Source: an uncultured Ruminococcus sp.
GTDB taxonomy: Bacteria > Bacillota > Clostridia > Oscillospirales > Ruminococcaceae
NCBI GenBank assembly: GCA_902797535.1
Contig: CADBTD010000054.1
Location: forward strand, 1 to 62,850
Length of the DNA stretch: 62,850 nucleotides
Direction: 5' to 3'
Positions 1-10,792 of this stretch are shown one piece after another. The position numbers were made by a program, and so were the translations under genes. The notes below the pieces were generated by a model. The model saw only the letters and a program-made list of their open reading frames with translations, did not search any database and had not been told where the DNA came from. Positions within the stretch are counted from its first letter, which is position 1, and each line of letters begins with the position of its first letter.

Positions 1-696
1 GAAAGCGCCCCGCTTCATGATTTTGACGGGAAGGAAAGCGACGGCTTCAAAGTGTATGAGGGCTGTATGCCTGTCGAGGTTCTTGCAAAGCGCGGTGCTG
101 ATACAATGCGCTACGGACCGCTGAAGCCGGTGGGAATATATCACCCTGTGACTGATAAGAGATACTATGCGGTGGTGCAGCTTCGTGCAGAAAATGCGCA
201 GGGGAGCCTGTACAACATAGTCGGTTTCCAGACTAATCTTAAATTCGGCGAGCAGAAAAGGGTCTTTTCGATGATACCCGGTCTTGAAAATGCCGAATTT
301 GTAAGATACGGTGTAATGCACAGAAATACATTTATTAATTCTCCCAAGCTGCTGACCGAGCATTTCAATATGCGTAAAAACAGTAATATATATTTTGCCG
401 GCCAGATGACGGGTGTTGAAGGTTATATAGAATCAGCGGCGAGCGGTATATTAGCCGGACTGAATATGTCAAGATCAGTTATAGGTAAACCGCTTGTGTC
501 TTTGCCTGATACAACAATGCTTGGTTCACTTTCAAAATATATAAGCGATCCTACAGTAGAGAATTTTCAGCCAATGGGTTGTAATATGGGTATTCTTCCT
601 GAATTATCGGAAAAGATAAGGGATAAAAAACTAAAATATGAGGCTCTCGCACAACGCGGGCTTAATGAACTTGATGAAACTATAAGAACACTTTGA
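1..696 (+). CDS. trmFO: tRNA (uracil-5-)-methyltransferase TrmFO/Gid, 5' truncated by window edge
   Basis: Frame open from base 1; motifs [54 protein letters not shown]. Confidence 0.95.
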   Translation, partial: ESAPLHDFDGKESDGFKVYEGCMPVEVLAKRGADTMRYGPLKPVGIYHPVTDKRYYAVVQLRAENAQGSLYNIVGFQTNLKFGEQKRVFSMIPGLENAEFVRYGVMHRNTFINSPKLLTEHFNMRKNSNIYFAGQMTGVEGYIESAASGILAGLNMSRSVIGKPLVSLPDTTMLGSLSKYISDPTVENFQPMGCNMGILPELSEKIRDKKLKYEALAQRGLNELDETIRTL

Positions 697-738
697 CCTG
701 TACATACAGGCTTGCATATATTTCAAGGAGGTCTGAAC

Positions 739-1746
739 ATGAATATCGTTATAGACGCATTCGGAGGAGATAACGCACCGCTTGAGGTCATCAAGGGTGC
801 TATAGACGCTCATAATGATTTTAATGTCGATATCACTCTTGTCGGAGATGAGCAGAAGATAAAAGACTGTGCTAAGGACAACAGCCTCGATATTTCGGGT
901 TTGAAAATAAAGCACGCTGATACTGTTATTGATGTGTGTGAAGACCCCACTGCCGTAGTTAAGGGAAAAAAGGATTGTTCAATGGCTGTAGGAATGAAAA
1001 TGCTCGCTGACGGCGAAGGAGATGCATTTCTTTCTGCAGGTTCAACAGGTGCGCTTGTTGTAGGTGCTACGATGATCGTTAAGCGTATAAAAGGCATTAA
1101 GCGCCCTGCACTTGCTACTGTTCTGCCAACAGCCGGTGCGCCGACTATGCTTCTTGACAGCGGTGCTAATGCTGAATGCCGTCCCGAGATGCTGACTCAG
1201 TTTGGTATAATGGGCAGTGCATACATGAATAAGATCCTCGGAGTAAAAGAACCTCGTGTTGCCCTTGCAAATATAGGTGCAGAGGAATCAAAAGGAAGAG
1301 AACTTGAACTTGAGACATATAAGCAGCTTTTAAATGCTCCGGTAAACTTTGTTGGTAATATAGAAGCCAGACAAGTACCTCTCGGAGATGCTGATGTAGT
1401 TGTAGCAGATGGCTTCACAGGTAATATAATGCTGAAGCTCTATGAAGGAATGGGCAAGTTCTTCTCGGGTGAGCTTAAGAGCATTCTTACTAAAGGTGCG
1501 AAGAATAAGATCGCTGCACTTATGATAATGTCATCTGTAAAGGAATTCAAGAAGAAAGTAGATTACAGTGAGTATGGCGGTGCGCCGCTTCTTGGTACGA
1601 CCAAGCCGGTTATAAAGGCACATGGCAGTTCAGATGCCAAGGCATTTTATAATGCCGTTCGTCAGGCAAAGCAGTTTACTGAAAATGGTGTAATAGAAAC
1701 TATAAGTTCTGCACTTGCTGAAATGAAGTCTCAGAAGGATGAATAA
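739..1746 (+). CDS. plsX: Phosphate acyltransferase PlsX
   Basis: IDAFGGDNAP, SAGSTGA, RPALA, DSGANAE, DGFTGNI, KAHGSS; RBS AAGGAGG before ATG 739. Confidence 0.96.
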   Translation: MNIVIDAFGGDNAPLEVIKGAIDAHNDFNVDITLVGDEQKIKDCAKDNSLDISGLKIKHADTVIDVCEDPTAVVKGKKDCSMAVGMKMLADGEGDAFLSAGSTGALVVGATMIVKRIKGIKRPALATVLPTAGAPTMLLDSGANAECRPEMLTQFGIMGSAYMNKILGVKEPRVALANIGAEESKGRELELETYKQLLNAPVNFVGNIEARQVPLGDADVVVADGFTGNIMLKLYEGMGKFFSGELKSILTKGAKNKIAALMIMSSVKEFKKKVDYSEYGGAPLLGTTKPVIKAHGSSDAKAFYNAVRQAKQFTENGVIETISSALAEMKSQKDE

Positions 1747-1749
1747 CAG

Positions 1750-2448
1750 ATGAATGAATATGAAAAGATGGAAGAGCTGCAAAAGCTCATAGGCTATCGT
1801 TTTCATGACGATAAACTGCTTTATGAAGCACTTTCGCACTCTTCGTTTGCAAATGAAAATAAAAAACAGCGCCGAAGTAACGAGCGTCTTGAATTTTTGG
1901 GCGATTCGGTTTTGTCGGTCGTTGTTTCGGATTATATATTCAAGCATTTTACCCATATACCCGAAGGCGAGCTTACAAAGCTTCGTGCTTCTCTTGTATG
2001 TGAAAGCGCACTGTATGAGTTTTCAAAAAAAATAAGACTCGGAGAGTTCCTGTTTCTCGGTAAAGGAGAAGAAATGACAGGTGGCAGAGAGCGGCCTTCA
2101 ATAGTCTCCGATGCTTTTGAAGCGGTCATAGCTGCAATATACCTTGATGGAGGTATTGAGGCGGCAGCTCCATATGTTCTTTCATTTATACCTAAGGATA
2201 TAACACCGCAGGGCGCTAAGTCGTTCCATGATTATAAAACTGAGCTTCAGGAAGTTATACAGCGTAATCCCGAGGAAAAAATAGAGTATTTTCTAAAAGG
2301 GGAATCAGGGCCTGATCATGATAAGCATTTTGTAGTTCAGGTACTGTTGAATTCAAATGTCATCGGTGAAGGCGGAGGACGTTCTAAAAAGGCGGCTGAA
2401 CAAGCAGCAGCCTGTGAAGCACTAAGACTTATGGGGCTTGAAAAGTGA
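1750..2448 (+). CDS. rnc: Ribonuclease III
   Basis: NERLEFLGDSVL signature, DAFEAVIAAIYLD, C-terminal dsRBD (DYKTELQE...SKKAAEQAAA). Confidence 0.97.
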   Translation: MNEYEKMEELQKLIGYRFHDDKLLYEALSHSSFANENKKQRRSNERLEFLGDSVLSVVVSDYIFKHFTHIPEGELTKLRASLVCESALYEFSKKIRLGEFLFLGKGEEMTGGRERPSIVSDAFEAVIAAIYLDGGIEAAAPYVLSFIPKDITPQGAKSFHDYKTELQEVIQRNPEEKIEYFLKGESGPDHDKHFVVQVLLNSNVIGEGGGRSKKAAEQAAACEALRLMGLEK

Positions 2449-3428
2449 GTCATTCAAATATATCTATTTTTGTGCCGCATGTAGGATGTCCGCATAAATG
2501 TGCATTCTGTGATCAGACAACCATAACGGGAAAACAGAATCTCCCTCATGCCGAGAATGTCAGAAATACCTGTGAACAGGCGCTGAGTCAGGTAAATGAT
2601 CCGACAGAAACCGAGATCGCTTTTTTTGGCGGCAGCTTTACAGCAATACCAAGAAAATATATGATGGAACTGCTTGATGCTGCAAAACCATTTGTTGGCA
2701 GTAATGCTTTTAAGGGCATTCGCATTTCAACCAGACCTGACTGTATTGATGATGAAGTGTTATCACTTCTCAGAAACAGCGGGGTCACTGCAATTGAACT
2801 CGGAGCTCAGTCCTTGAGCGATAAAGTACTTTCGGCCAATGAACGAGGACACACTGCTGCTGATGTATTCAGTGCATCTGAACTTATACGTTCTTATGGT
2901 TTTGAACTGGGACTTCAGATGATGGTAGGGCTGTATATGAGCACATACGAAGAAGAATGTGCAACTATGGATTCGGTATGCAGTATACATCCTGATACGC
3001 TCAGGATATATCCTACGGTCATACTCAAAAATACCCATCTGGCTGAACTATATGAGAGCGGACGATACAAGACCATGTCTTTTGATGAAGTAGTCGGTAT
3101 TTGCGCAATGTTTCTTGAAAGAGCAGAAAATGAAGGGATACGGGTCATCAAATGCGGTCTTCATGCAAGCGAATTTGTTGAGCGTGATATGATCGGAGGT
3201 TTTTATCATCCCGCATTCAGAGAATTATGTGAAGGCAGGATATATCTTGAGAGATTTAAGAAGATAGCAGCCGACAAAAAGACCATAAGGGTTTCTGTAC
3301 CGGCAAAGAATATCAGTAAGGCAGTCGGACAGAAAAGATGTAATATAAAGTTTTTTGAAGAACGCGGTATAAAGCTTGTTGTTATTTCAGACAAGCAGCA
3401 GACCGAACCGTTGATCGTTCTTGATTAA
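2445..3428 (+). CDS. Radical SAM protein, Elp3/YhcC-like
   Basis: CPHKCAFC (CxxxCxxC), FFGGSFT, STRPD, IELGAQS; usual clostridial position between rnc and smc. Confidence 0.85.
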   Translation: MSHSNISIFVPHVGCPHKCAFCDQTTITGKQNLPHAENVRNTCEQALSQVNDPTETEIAFFGGSFTAIPRKYMMELLDAAKPFVGSNAFKGIRISTRPDCIDDEVLSLLRNSGVTAIELGAQSLSDKVLSANERGHTAADVFSASELIRSYGFELGLQMMVGLYMSTYEEECATMDSVCSIHPDTLRIYPTVILKNTHLAELYESGRYKTMSFDEVVGICAMFLERAENEGIRVIKCGLHASEFVERDMIGGFYHPAFRELCEGRIYLERFKKIAADKKTIRVSVPAKNISKAVGQKRCNIKFFEERGIKLVVISDKQQTEPLIVLD

Positions 3429-3462
3429 GCGATTTTAACAGCGTAAGGAGGTGAGCATCAGA

Positions 3463-6400
3463 ATGTATCTCCGTTCACTTGAACTGCAGGGTTTCAAGTC
3501 ATTTCCGGAAAGAACAAAACTTGAATTTAATAAAGGCATATCGGCAGTAGTCGGCCCGAATGGAAGCGGAAAATCTAATATTGGTGACGCAATGCGATGG
3601 GTAATGGGCGAGAGCTCGTCAAAAAGTCTTCGCGGCAAAACTATGGAAGATGTTATCTTTTCGGGTACTGCAAGCAGGTCAAAGTCAGGCTTTGCACAGG
3701 TGACTATCACAATTGATAATGAAGACAGAGCACTTTCGGAAGACTGTGATATCGTTTCAGTTTCAAGAAAGCTTTATCGTAATGGTGACAGTGAATATCA
3801 GATAAACGGCAGACAGGTCCGCAGAAAAGATGTAGACGAGCTATTTATGGATACCGGACTTGGACGAGATGGTTATTCCATTATTGGTCAGGGAAAAATA
3901 GGTGAGATAGTTTCAAGCAAGGCAAGCGACCGCCGTCAGATATTTGATGAGGCAGCGGGTATTTCAAAATTCCGCAGCAAAAAGAGAGAGACCGAAGAGC
4001 AATTATTGAAAGCAGAGGACAATCTGAGCAGACTCACCGACATATTGGGAGAACTGGAAGGCAGGATAGGACCGCTTCAGAAACAGTGCGAAAAAGCAAA
4101 GCAGTTCAAAGTACTTGATGAAGAAAAAAGTGCTCTTGAGATCTCTCTTTGGGTAATGCGCTTAAAGGAACTTGACAAACAGCAGAAAGAATTTGAAGAG
4201 AAACTTGAACTGCTGAAAAAGGAATATGCTGAACAGACAGATGCTCTTGATGAAATGGAAGAACAGATCGAAGAAGGATTTGCCAAAAGCGCTCAGGCAG
4301 GCGACAGAGCAAATCAACTTCGTGAAAAAATACATGAGGTGGAGCTCGAACGTTCTGAAAGTACAAAGAAAACTGCTGTTTTAGGCAATGATATCGAGCA
4401 TCTTGAACAGAGGATACTTCAGATAAATGAGCAGATCGAACAGTCAAGAAGCAGCGGATATTTTCTCGGCACTCAGCTTGAGGAGAAAAAGAAAGAACTT
4501 GAAGAACGTTTAAATATGTCCGAAAAGTTTCAGCAGGATATATCTGATGCAGAGAAAAAATTGACCGGTGCTCAGTATGCGCTTGATGAGCAGGAAAACG
4601 AGATAGAACGTCTTGGCGCAAAAATCAACGAGCTCTATCTGAAAAAATCTAATGCATCTTTTAAGCTGGAAACTGCAAAGAATAATTCCATGCAAGCCTC
4701 TGAATCACTTGAAGCACTGTCTTCTGAAAAGGAAGAACGGGATGAGAGAAGAGCACTTTATGAAAAAGAAGGAGCAAAGTTAAAGTCAAAGACTGATAAG
4801 CTTGAAGAAGATAAGCAGGAACTGATAAATAAGATCGCAGGATTTTCAAAACTGCATGAATCAAAATCCAAAAAACTATCATCTGCTCAGGAATCATTTT
4901 CCGAAAATGATAATGAATTAAAAGGTATCGTTCAAAGGCTGGGTATTCTTCGTGATCTTGAAAGATCAATGGAAGGCTTCAGCTACAGCGTTAAGTTTAT
5001 CATGAAAGCTGCTGAACAAGGCCGTATAAGAGGCGTTTGCGGTTCAGTTGCGCAGATAATATCTGTTGAAAGTAAGTATTCTACGGCTATTGAAACTGCA
5101 CTTGGCGCTGCAATGCAGAATATAGCTGTTGAAAACGAAGATTCTGCTAAACGAGGCATCAGACTTCTTAAAGACAACAATGCAGGAAGAGCAACGTTTT
5201 TGCCGCTTACTTCGATCAAAGGCAGATCATTAGATGATATACCTGAAGGCGAAGAAGGGTTTATAGAGATAGCAAGTGATCTTGTCAGCTGCGATACTAA
5301 ATACAAACAGCTGATAAGTAATCTGCTTGGACGTATAGCAGTTGCAGAAGACCTGGATTGTGCTTCAGCTATTGCAAAGAAATACAACTATAAATTTAAG
5401 ATAGTAACGCTTGACGGTCAGGTAATAAATGCCGGCGGTTCTTATACAGGAGGCAGTACTGCAAAGAGTGCAGGCATATTGACACGAAAAAACGAGATCG
5501 ATAGTCTTGAAAAGAATTCAGATAACCTTAAACAAAAGAATCAGGAATTGAAGAATCTGTGCGTTAAGCTGAGTCAGGAAGTTCAGAATCTTGCAGCCGA
5601 ACTTGAGGGCTTAAAAGAAGAAACATCTGATATAGACAGCGAATTACTGCGTGCAGAGCTTGAAATGAAGCGCGTTGACGAGCTTGTTTCTCAACTTGAT
5701 GACAGTGACGAAAAGCTGAAAGAGAACACCGAAAAACTGACTTCTCAGATGCTTGAAGCCGAACGGCAGGCTGATGAAGCATCTGCTGAGTTATGTGAAC
5801 TTGAAAAGCTGATAGCGGAGGGTGAGAAGAAGCGTGCTGAGAAACGTGATGAAAATTCAGATGCGGCTGAAAAACGCCGCAGTTTGTCAGAAGAGCTCTC
5901 AAAACTCAGAATATCTCATGCAGAACATATCAAAGATACCGATTCATGCCGTGCGGATATTAAGCGTATAGAAGAGGCTATAGGAGAAGGCAAGGTAGAT
6001 GAGGATAAGCTCGCAGAAGAGGCTGAAAACTGCAAATGTGAAATTGAAAATAAGAAAAATGAGATAGATAATATACAAGACTCTGTCAGTGGCTCGGATG
6101 ATGTGATCAAAGGGTATGAGGCTAAGATCGCAGATACTATTGCTGAACAGACAAGACTTGCAAATGAAGCAGAAAAACTCAGAGCAGAGCAGCGAGGTAA
6201 GATGAATGAACGCGAAACACTTGCTGCTGAATTAACACGAACTCAGGAACGGCGTAAAAACGTTATGGATGAGTATGACAAGCTCGTTGGGAAAATGCTT
6301 GATGATTACGGTCTTGCCCGTACTGAGGCAGAGGCAGAGTATCAGCCGCCCGAAGATATCAAAGCGGCAAATATTCGTCTTAATGAACTGAGGGGAAAAA

Positions 6401-7023
6401 TCAAGGCTCTTGGTCATGTAAATCTTGGTGCGATAGAAGAATATGCAGAGGTCAGTGAAAGGTATGATTTTCTGACAAAACAGCTTGATGATGTCAACAG
6501 ATCAAAACTGGAACTTGAAAGACTTGCTGAAAGTCTTACTGAAAGCATGAGATCCATGTTTACTGATAGCTTTGAGAGAATATCTAAACGTTTTACAGCG
6601 ATATTTACTGAGCTTTTCGGTGGTGGAAAAGCAAGTCTTTCACTTACTGACCCTGAGGATGTACTGGAGTGCGGAATTGACATCAACGTTCAGCCTCCGG
6701 GAAAGAACGTTAAAAATCTGATGAGTATGTCCGGTGGAGAAACAGCTTTCGTTGCTGTATGTATTTACTTTGCGATACTTTCGGTAAGGCCTTCGCCATT
6801 TTGTCTTCTTGATGAGATAGAAGCGGCGCTTGACGATGTAAATGTATCAAAATACGCATCATATCTTCACCATTATACTGACAAGACTCAGTTCATAACA
6901 ATTACTCACCGACGAGGCACAATGGAGGAAGCAGATGTCATTTACGGTGTTACAATGATTGACGGCGTATCAAGACTTCTTAAAATGCCCAATGGCGAGG
7001 CACAGAAAATGCAGCTTGATTAA
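3463..7023 (+). CDS. smc: Chromosome segregation protein SMC
   Basis: GFKSF, Walker A GPNGSGKSN, coiled coils, hinge GRATFLPL, MSGGE signature, LDEIEAALD; start moved to ATG 3463 behind AAGGAGGTG. Confidence 0.97.
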   Translation: MYLRSLELQGFKSFPERTKLEFNKGISAVVGPNGSGKSNIGDAMRWVMGESSSKSLRGKTMEDVIFSGTASRSKSGFAQVTITIDNEDRALSEDCDIVSVSRKLYRNGDSEYQINGRQVRRKDVDELFMDTGLGRDGYSIIGQGKIGEIVSSKASDRRQIFDEAAGISKFRSKKRETEEQLLKAEDNLSRLTDILGELEGRIGPLQKQCEKAKQFKVLDEEKSALEISLWVMRLKELDKQQKEFEEKLELLKKEYAEQTDALDEMEEQIEEGFAKSAQAGDRANQLREKIHEVELERSESTKKTAVLGNDIEHLEQRILQINEQIEQSRSSGYFLGTQLEEKKKELEERLNMSEKFQQDISDAEKKLTGAQYALDEQENEIERLGAKINELYLKKSNASFKLETAKNNSMQASESLEALSSEKEERDERRALYEKEGAKLKSKTDKLEEDKQELINKIAGFSKLHESKSKKLSSAQESFSENDNELKGIVQRLGILRDLERSMEGFSYSVKFIMKAAEQGRIRGVCGSVAQIISVESKYSTAIETALGAAMQNIAVENEDSAKRGIRLLKDNNAGRATFLPLTSIKGRSLDDIPEGEEGFIEIASDLVSCDTKYKQLISNLLGRIAVAEDLDCASAIAKKYNYKFKIVTLDGQVINAGGSYTGGSTAKSAGILTRKNEIDSLEKNSDNLKQKNQELKNLCVKLSQEVQNLAAELEGLKEETSDIDSELLRAELEMKRVDELVSQLDDSDEKLKENTEKLTSQMLEAERQADEASAELCELEKLIAEGEKKRAEKRDENSDAAEKRRSLSEELSKLRISHAEHIKDTDSCRADIKRIEEAIGEGKVDEDKLAEEAENCKCEIENKKNEIDNIQDSVSGSDDVIKGYEAKIADTIAEQTRLANEAEKLRAEQRGKMNERETLAAELTRTQERRKNVMDEYDKLVGKMLDDYGLARTEAEAEYQPPEDIKAANIRLNELRGKIKALGHVNLGAIEEYAEVSERYDFLTKQLDDVNRSKLELERLAESLTESMRSMFTDSFERISKRFTAIFTELFGGGKASLSLTDPEDVLECGIDINVQPPGKNVKNLMSMSGGETAFVAVCIYFAILSVRPSPFCLLDEIEAALDDVNVSKYASYLHHYTDKTQFITITHRRGTMEEADVIYGVTMIDGVSRLLKMPNGEAQKMQLD

Positions 7024-7038
7024 ACAAGGAGTAATATA

Positions 7039-7947
7039 ATGGGATTTTTTGAAAAATTAAAAGCAGGACTTAAGAAAACAAAGGATTCTATGATGAGCAA
7101 GATAGAAAGATTGCTCGGATCTTTTACAAAGATAGATGAGGAGCTTTTTGAAGAGCTTGAGGAAACACTGATAACCTGCGATATCGGAGTGAATACTTCG
7201 GTCAATATATGTGATAAACTACGCGATAATGTAAAAAGAAAGGGTATAAAAGACCCTATGCTTATTAAAGATGAACTTAAGGAAATCATAGTAGAAATGC
7301 TTGGTGAAGACCAGCCTCTTAATGTATCTACTAAGCCGAGTGTTGTTCTTGTAATAGGTGTTAACGGTGCAGGTAAGACTACTACCATCGGCAAGCTTGC
7401 ATATTCTCTCAGAAATGAAGGAAAAAGTGTGCTTGTTGCTGCCGGCGATACCTTCCGTGCAGCTGCTATTGATCAGCTTGAGGTATGGACAGAACGTGCA
7501 GGTGTTGATATCATTAAGCATAATGAGGGAAGCGATCCTGCTGCTGTCGTATTTGACGCTCTTACTGCTGCCAAGGCACGAGGCGTTGATGTTGTTCTCT
7601 GTGATACAGCCGGAAGACTTCACAATAAGAAAAATCTTATGAATGAGCTGAAGAAAATATCGAGGATAGTACATGAACAAGCTGAGGATTGTTCGCTGGA
7701 AGTGCTTCTTGCTCTTGATTCTACTACAGGTCAGAACGCTGTAAGTCAGGCTAAGCTGTTCAATGAAGCCTGTGATATTACAGGTATAATACTTACCAAG
7801 CTTGACGGCACAGCTAAAGGCGGTATTGTGATAACAATAACTGAAGATCTTGGTATACCTGTTAAGCTGATAACTGTTGGAGAAAAGATCGATGATATGC
7901 AGCCGTTTGTTGCAAAGGACTTCGTAAATGCATTGTTTGATGAATGA
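7039..7947 (+). CDS. ftsY: SRP receptor FtsY
   Basis: GVNGAGKTTT, DTFRAAA, DTAGRL, TKLDGTAKGG. Confidence 0.97.
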   Translation: MGFFEKLKAGLKKTKDSMMSKIERLLGSFTKIDEELFEELEETLITCDIGVNTSVNICDKLRDNVKRKGIKDPMLIKDELKEIIVEMLGEDQPLNVSTKPSVVLVIGVNGAGKTTTIGKLAYSLRNEGKSVLVAAGDTFRAAAIDQLEVWTERAGVDIIKHNEGSDPAAVVFDALTAAKARGVDVVLCDTAGRLHNKKNLMNELKKISRIVHEQAEDCSLEVLLALDSTTGQNAVSQAKLFNEACDITGIILTKLDGTAKGGIVITITEDLGIPVKLITVGEKIDDMQPFVAKDFVNALFDE

Positions 7948-7962
7948 TCGTGGAGAATGATA

Positions 7963-8541
7963 ATGAAACTTATAATTGCAAGCAATAATAATGGCAAAGT
8001 TCGTGAATACAGACAGCTTCTCGCTGAGTGTGGCTTTGATGAAGTGTTAAGCCTTAAAGATGCAGGTATAAAATGTGACCCTGATGAAACAGGAACAACA
8101 TTTGAAGAAAATGCAGCTATAAAAGCCGGAGCACTCAGACAGTTATGCGATTGTGCCGTTCTTGCTGATGACAGTGGACTAATGGTAGATGCTCTTGGAG
8201 GCGAGCCCGGTGTTTATTCTGCGAGATGGCTTGGGCTGGACAGCGATGAAAAGAAAAATGCAGAGATCATCAGGCGTCTTGAAGGTGTTGAGGACGATAA
8301 ACGTACAGCAAGATTTGTCTGTGTGATACATTTTATATATCCTGATGGAAGAGAAGTTACCGCCAAGGGTGTTTGCGAAGGTATCATAGGACATAAACCT
8401 CAGGGTGAAAACGGGTTCGGATATGACCCGATATTTATGTATGGTAACAGATCATTTGCAGAAATAGGCGCTGATGAAAAAAATAATGTTTCGCATCGAG
8501 GAAATGCTCTGCGTGAACTTGTAATGAAACTGAAAGGATAA
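7963..8541 (+). CDS. rdgB: Non-canonical purine NTP pyrophosphatase RdgB/HAM1
   Basis: ASNNNGK, ADDSGL, PGVYSAR, GFGYDPIF, SHRG. Confidence 0.93.
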   Translation: MKLIIASNNNGKVREYRQLLAECGFDEVLSLKDAGIKCDPDETGTTFEENAAIKAGALRQLCDCAVLADDSGLMVDALGGEPGVYSARWLGLDSDEKKNAEIIRRLEGVEDDKRTARFVCVIHFIYPDGREVTAKGVCEGIIGHKPQGENGFGYDPIFMYGNRSFAEIGADEKNNVSHRGNALRELVMKLKG

Positions 8542-8544
8542 ATT

Positions 8545-8847
8545 ATGGGAAATATTTCACCTAAGCAAAGAGCTGAGCTTAAAGCTATGGCTAATTCTAT
8601 AGAGCCTTCTTTCCAGATAGGCAAAGGCGGAGTAAATGAGGCACAGGTAAAACAGATCGATGATTATCTGCGTGTTCATGAGCTTATAAAGATAAAGGTC
8701 CTTGAAAATTCACTGCTGACTGCAAGAGAGGCTGCTGAAGATATAGCTTCACAGATAGGCGCAGATGTTGTACAGTGCATAGGTTCAAAAGCTGTATTAT
8801 TTAAACGAAATGAAAAAGAACCTAAGATAAGGCTAAAAAATAAGTGA
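8545..8847 (+). CDS. yhbY: YhbY/CRM-domain RNA-binding protein
   Basis: QRAELKAMA, QIGKGG, HELIKIKVL, VVQCIG. Confidence 0.92.
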   Translation: MGNISPKQRAELKAMANSIEPSFQIGKGGVNEAQVKQIDDYLRVHELIKIKVLENSLLTAREAAEDIASQIGADVVQCIGSKAVLFKRNEKEPKIRLKNK

Positions 8848-9434
8848 GTATCGCAATTTTTGGCGGCACATTCAATCCGCCTCATCTAGGACACAGAAGA
8901 CTGCTTGAAGTGGTCACAGAGGCTGTAAAGCCGGATAGGGTCTTTATCATTCCTGACAAGATACCTCCTCATAAAGAAGCATCAGGACTTGTCAGCGGCA
9001 AAGACAGACTTGCTTTATGCCGGCTTGCCTTTGGCGATATTGCCAATGTTGAGATCAGCAGTTACGAGTTGGATCGTGAAGGCAAAAGCTACTCATATTA
9101 TACAGTAAGTCATTTTAAAGAACTGTATCCTGATGATGATATTTACTTTATCATGGGCAGTGATATGCTTCTTACATTTGATAAATGGTATCGTGCGGAA
9201 GAACTTATGAAAATGTGCATACCTCTTTGTATTTCAAGATGTGCTGATGATATTGAGCGATGCAGGTCTAAGGCAAAGCAGTTTAGAAAAGCAGTGTTTG
9301 TTGAAGCAGCACCATTTGAGGTCAGCTCAACAGATATACGTAATATCATAAAAAATAAGCAAGACTATAAACTGTCCGAATTATTGGACGCAAAAGTGAT
9401 CTCATACATCGAAACTCATAAATTGTATGATTAG
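8844..9434 (+). CDS. nadD: Nicotinate-nucleotide adenylyltransferase
   Basis: FGGTFNPPHLGH, PPHK, FIMGSD, VSSTDIR. Confidence 0.94.
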   Translation: MSIAIFGGTFNPPHLGHRRLLEVVTEAVKPDRVFIIPDKIPPHKEASGLVSGKDRLALCRLAFGDIANVEISSYELDREGKSYSYYTVSHFKELYPDDDIYFIMGSDMLLTFDKWYRAEELMKMCIPLCISRCADDIERCRSKAKQFRKAVFVEAAPFEVSSTDIRNIIKNKQDYKLSELLDAKVISYIETHKLYD

Positions 9435-9449
9435 ACTGGAAGTATTAAA

Positions 9450-10028
9450 TTGGGTAAAGAACTGAATGAATACAAGACATTTCTGAAAAGCAATCTGTCC
9501 AAAAAAAGGTACACTCATTCTTTGAATGTGGCAGCGATGTCGCGGGAACTTGCCGAACTATATGGCGAGGATAAGGATAAAGCATATTTTGCCGGTCTTG
9601 TGCATGACATAGCGAAAGAACTTCCCCGTGAGGTTCAGTATGATTATGCGAAAAAGTGTACTCTTGATGTATCCGATATAGAGCTTTCGAGTACGCCTCT
9701 GCTTCATGCCGTGGCGGGTGCACAGATATTGTCGGAAAAGTTTGGCATAGATGACATCGAAGTGCTTAAGGCAGTACGATATCACACTGTTGGTTCTGCA
9801 GGAATGAGCAGACTTGCACAGATCGTATATCTTGCAGATCTTACATCGGAAGACAGGGATTATAAAGACGTAAAAAAATACCGGAAGTTTGCTCATACAA
9901 GTCTTGAAAAAGGAATGTATGAGGCTCTGAGGTATTCGATAGCCGACACAGCCTGCAAAGGGAATACGATACCTATATGCACGCTTGAGGCATATAATGA
10001 GTTTGTAATAAAATTAAAAAGTTCGTGA
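9450..10028 (+). CDS. yqeK: HD-domain Ap4A hydrolase YqeK
   Basis: RYTHSLNV, LVHDIAKE, LLHA, RYHT, YLAD; directly after nadD. Confidence 0.9.
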   Translation: MGKELNEYKTFLKSNLSKKRYTHSLNVAAMSRELAELYGEDKDKAYFAGLVHDIAKELPREVQYDYAKKCTLDVSDIELSSTPLLHAVAGAQILSEKFGIDDIEVLKAVRYHTVGSAGMSRLAQIVYLADLTSEDRDYKDVKKYRKFAHTSLEKGMYEALRYSIADTACKGNTIPICTLEAYNEFVIKLKSS

Positions 10029-10046
10029 CTGAAAGGAGCTGTGTTT

Positions 10047-10418
10047 ATGGCTAAGATCACTGATCAGAAGGAAGTATTAAAGACCATAGTAAAAGCACTC
10101 GATTCAAAGAGGGCTGAGGATATAATGGCAGTAGGTATCAGAGACCTTACGATAATAGCTGATTACTTTGTTATCGCTAACGGAACATCTACCACACAGA
10201 CAAAGGCACTTGCCGATTCTGTAGAGTATGAACTGAAAAAGCTCGGACTTGAGCCTGCCCGTACTGAGGGTTATGCTCAGGCAAACTGGATAATCCTTGA
10301 TTATGGCGATATCATTGTTCATGTATTTTACAAGGAGACCCGTGATTTTTATAATCTTGAAAAGCTGTGGAGCGATGGTGTCAATGTAGATATCAGCGAG
10401 TATCTGACAAGGGACTGA
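10047..10418 (+). CDS. rsfS: Ribosome silencing factor RsfS
   Basis: KRAEDI, ADYFVIANGTS, WIILDYGDIIVHVF, FYNLEKLW. Confidence 0.95.
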   Translation: MAKITDQKEVLKTIVKALDSKRAEDIMAVGIRDLTIIADYFVIANGTSTTQTKALADSVEYELKKLGLEPARTEGYAQANWIILDYGDIIVHVFYKETRDFYNLEKLWSDGVNVDISEYLTRD

Positions 10419-10419
10419 T

Positions 10420-10746
10420 GTGATGGGTGACAGTGTAAAAGGACGCAGTATAGCGTCGTGTATCGGTGTATATATGATATTGAAAAGCGTTGTAAATCTT
10501 GTTATAGGCTTTTCGGTAAACAATATAGTTACTCTTCTTGTATGTGTGGCTTTTGCATATGGTCTGCGAACAGGAAAAAAGTATTTTAATTATATTACCG
10601 CTGTTTTTCTTGCAGCAATAGCACTGTATCATCTGAAAGGAAATATTGACGGCAGACAATGGCTTTATCTTATTGAGGGTATTGCAGATATTGTCTGTGC
10701 CGCAATTCTTGTTATATCAAAGGATATCAGAGGATATTTTTCATAA
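10420..10746 (+). CDS. Small hypothetical membrane protein (about 4 TM)
   Basis: Hydrophobic 108-aa ORF coupled to rsfS. Confidence 0.7.
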   Translation: MMGDSVKGRSIASCIGVYMILKSVVNLVIGFSVNNIVTLLVCVAFAYGLRTGKKYFNYITAVFLAAIALYHLKGNIDGRQWLYLIEGIADIVCAAILVISKDIRGYFS

Positions 10747-10792
10747 TTGACACTGAAAAGGAAAATAATATTTTACAAAGGAATGATAGTAA

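Noticed and set aside
10747-10792. T-box leader for leuS
   Set aside because: Gap is only 46 nt and has no T-box consensus
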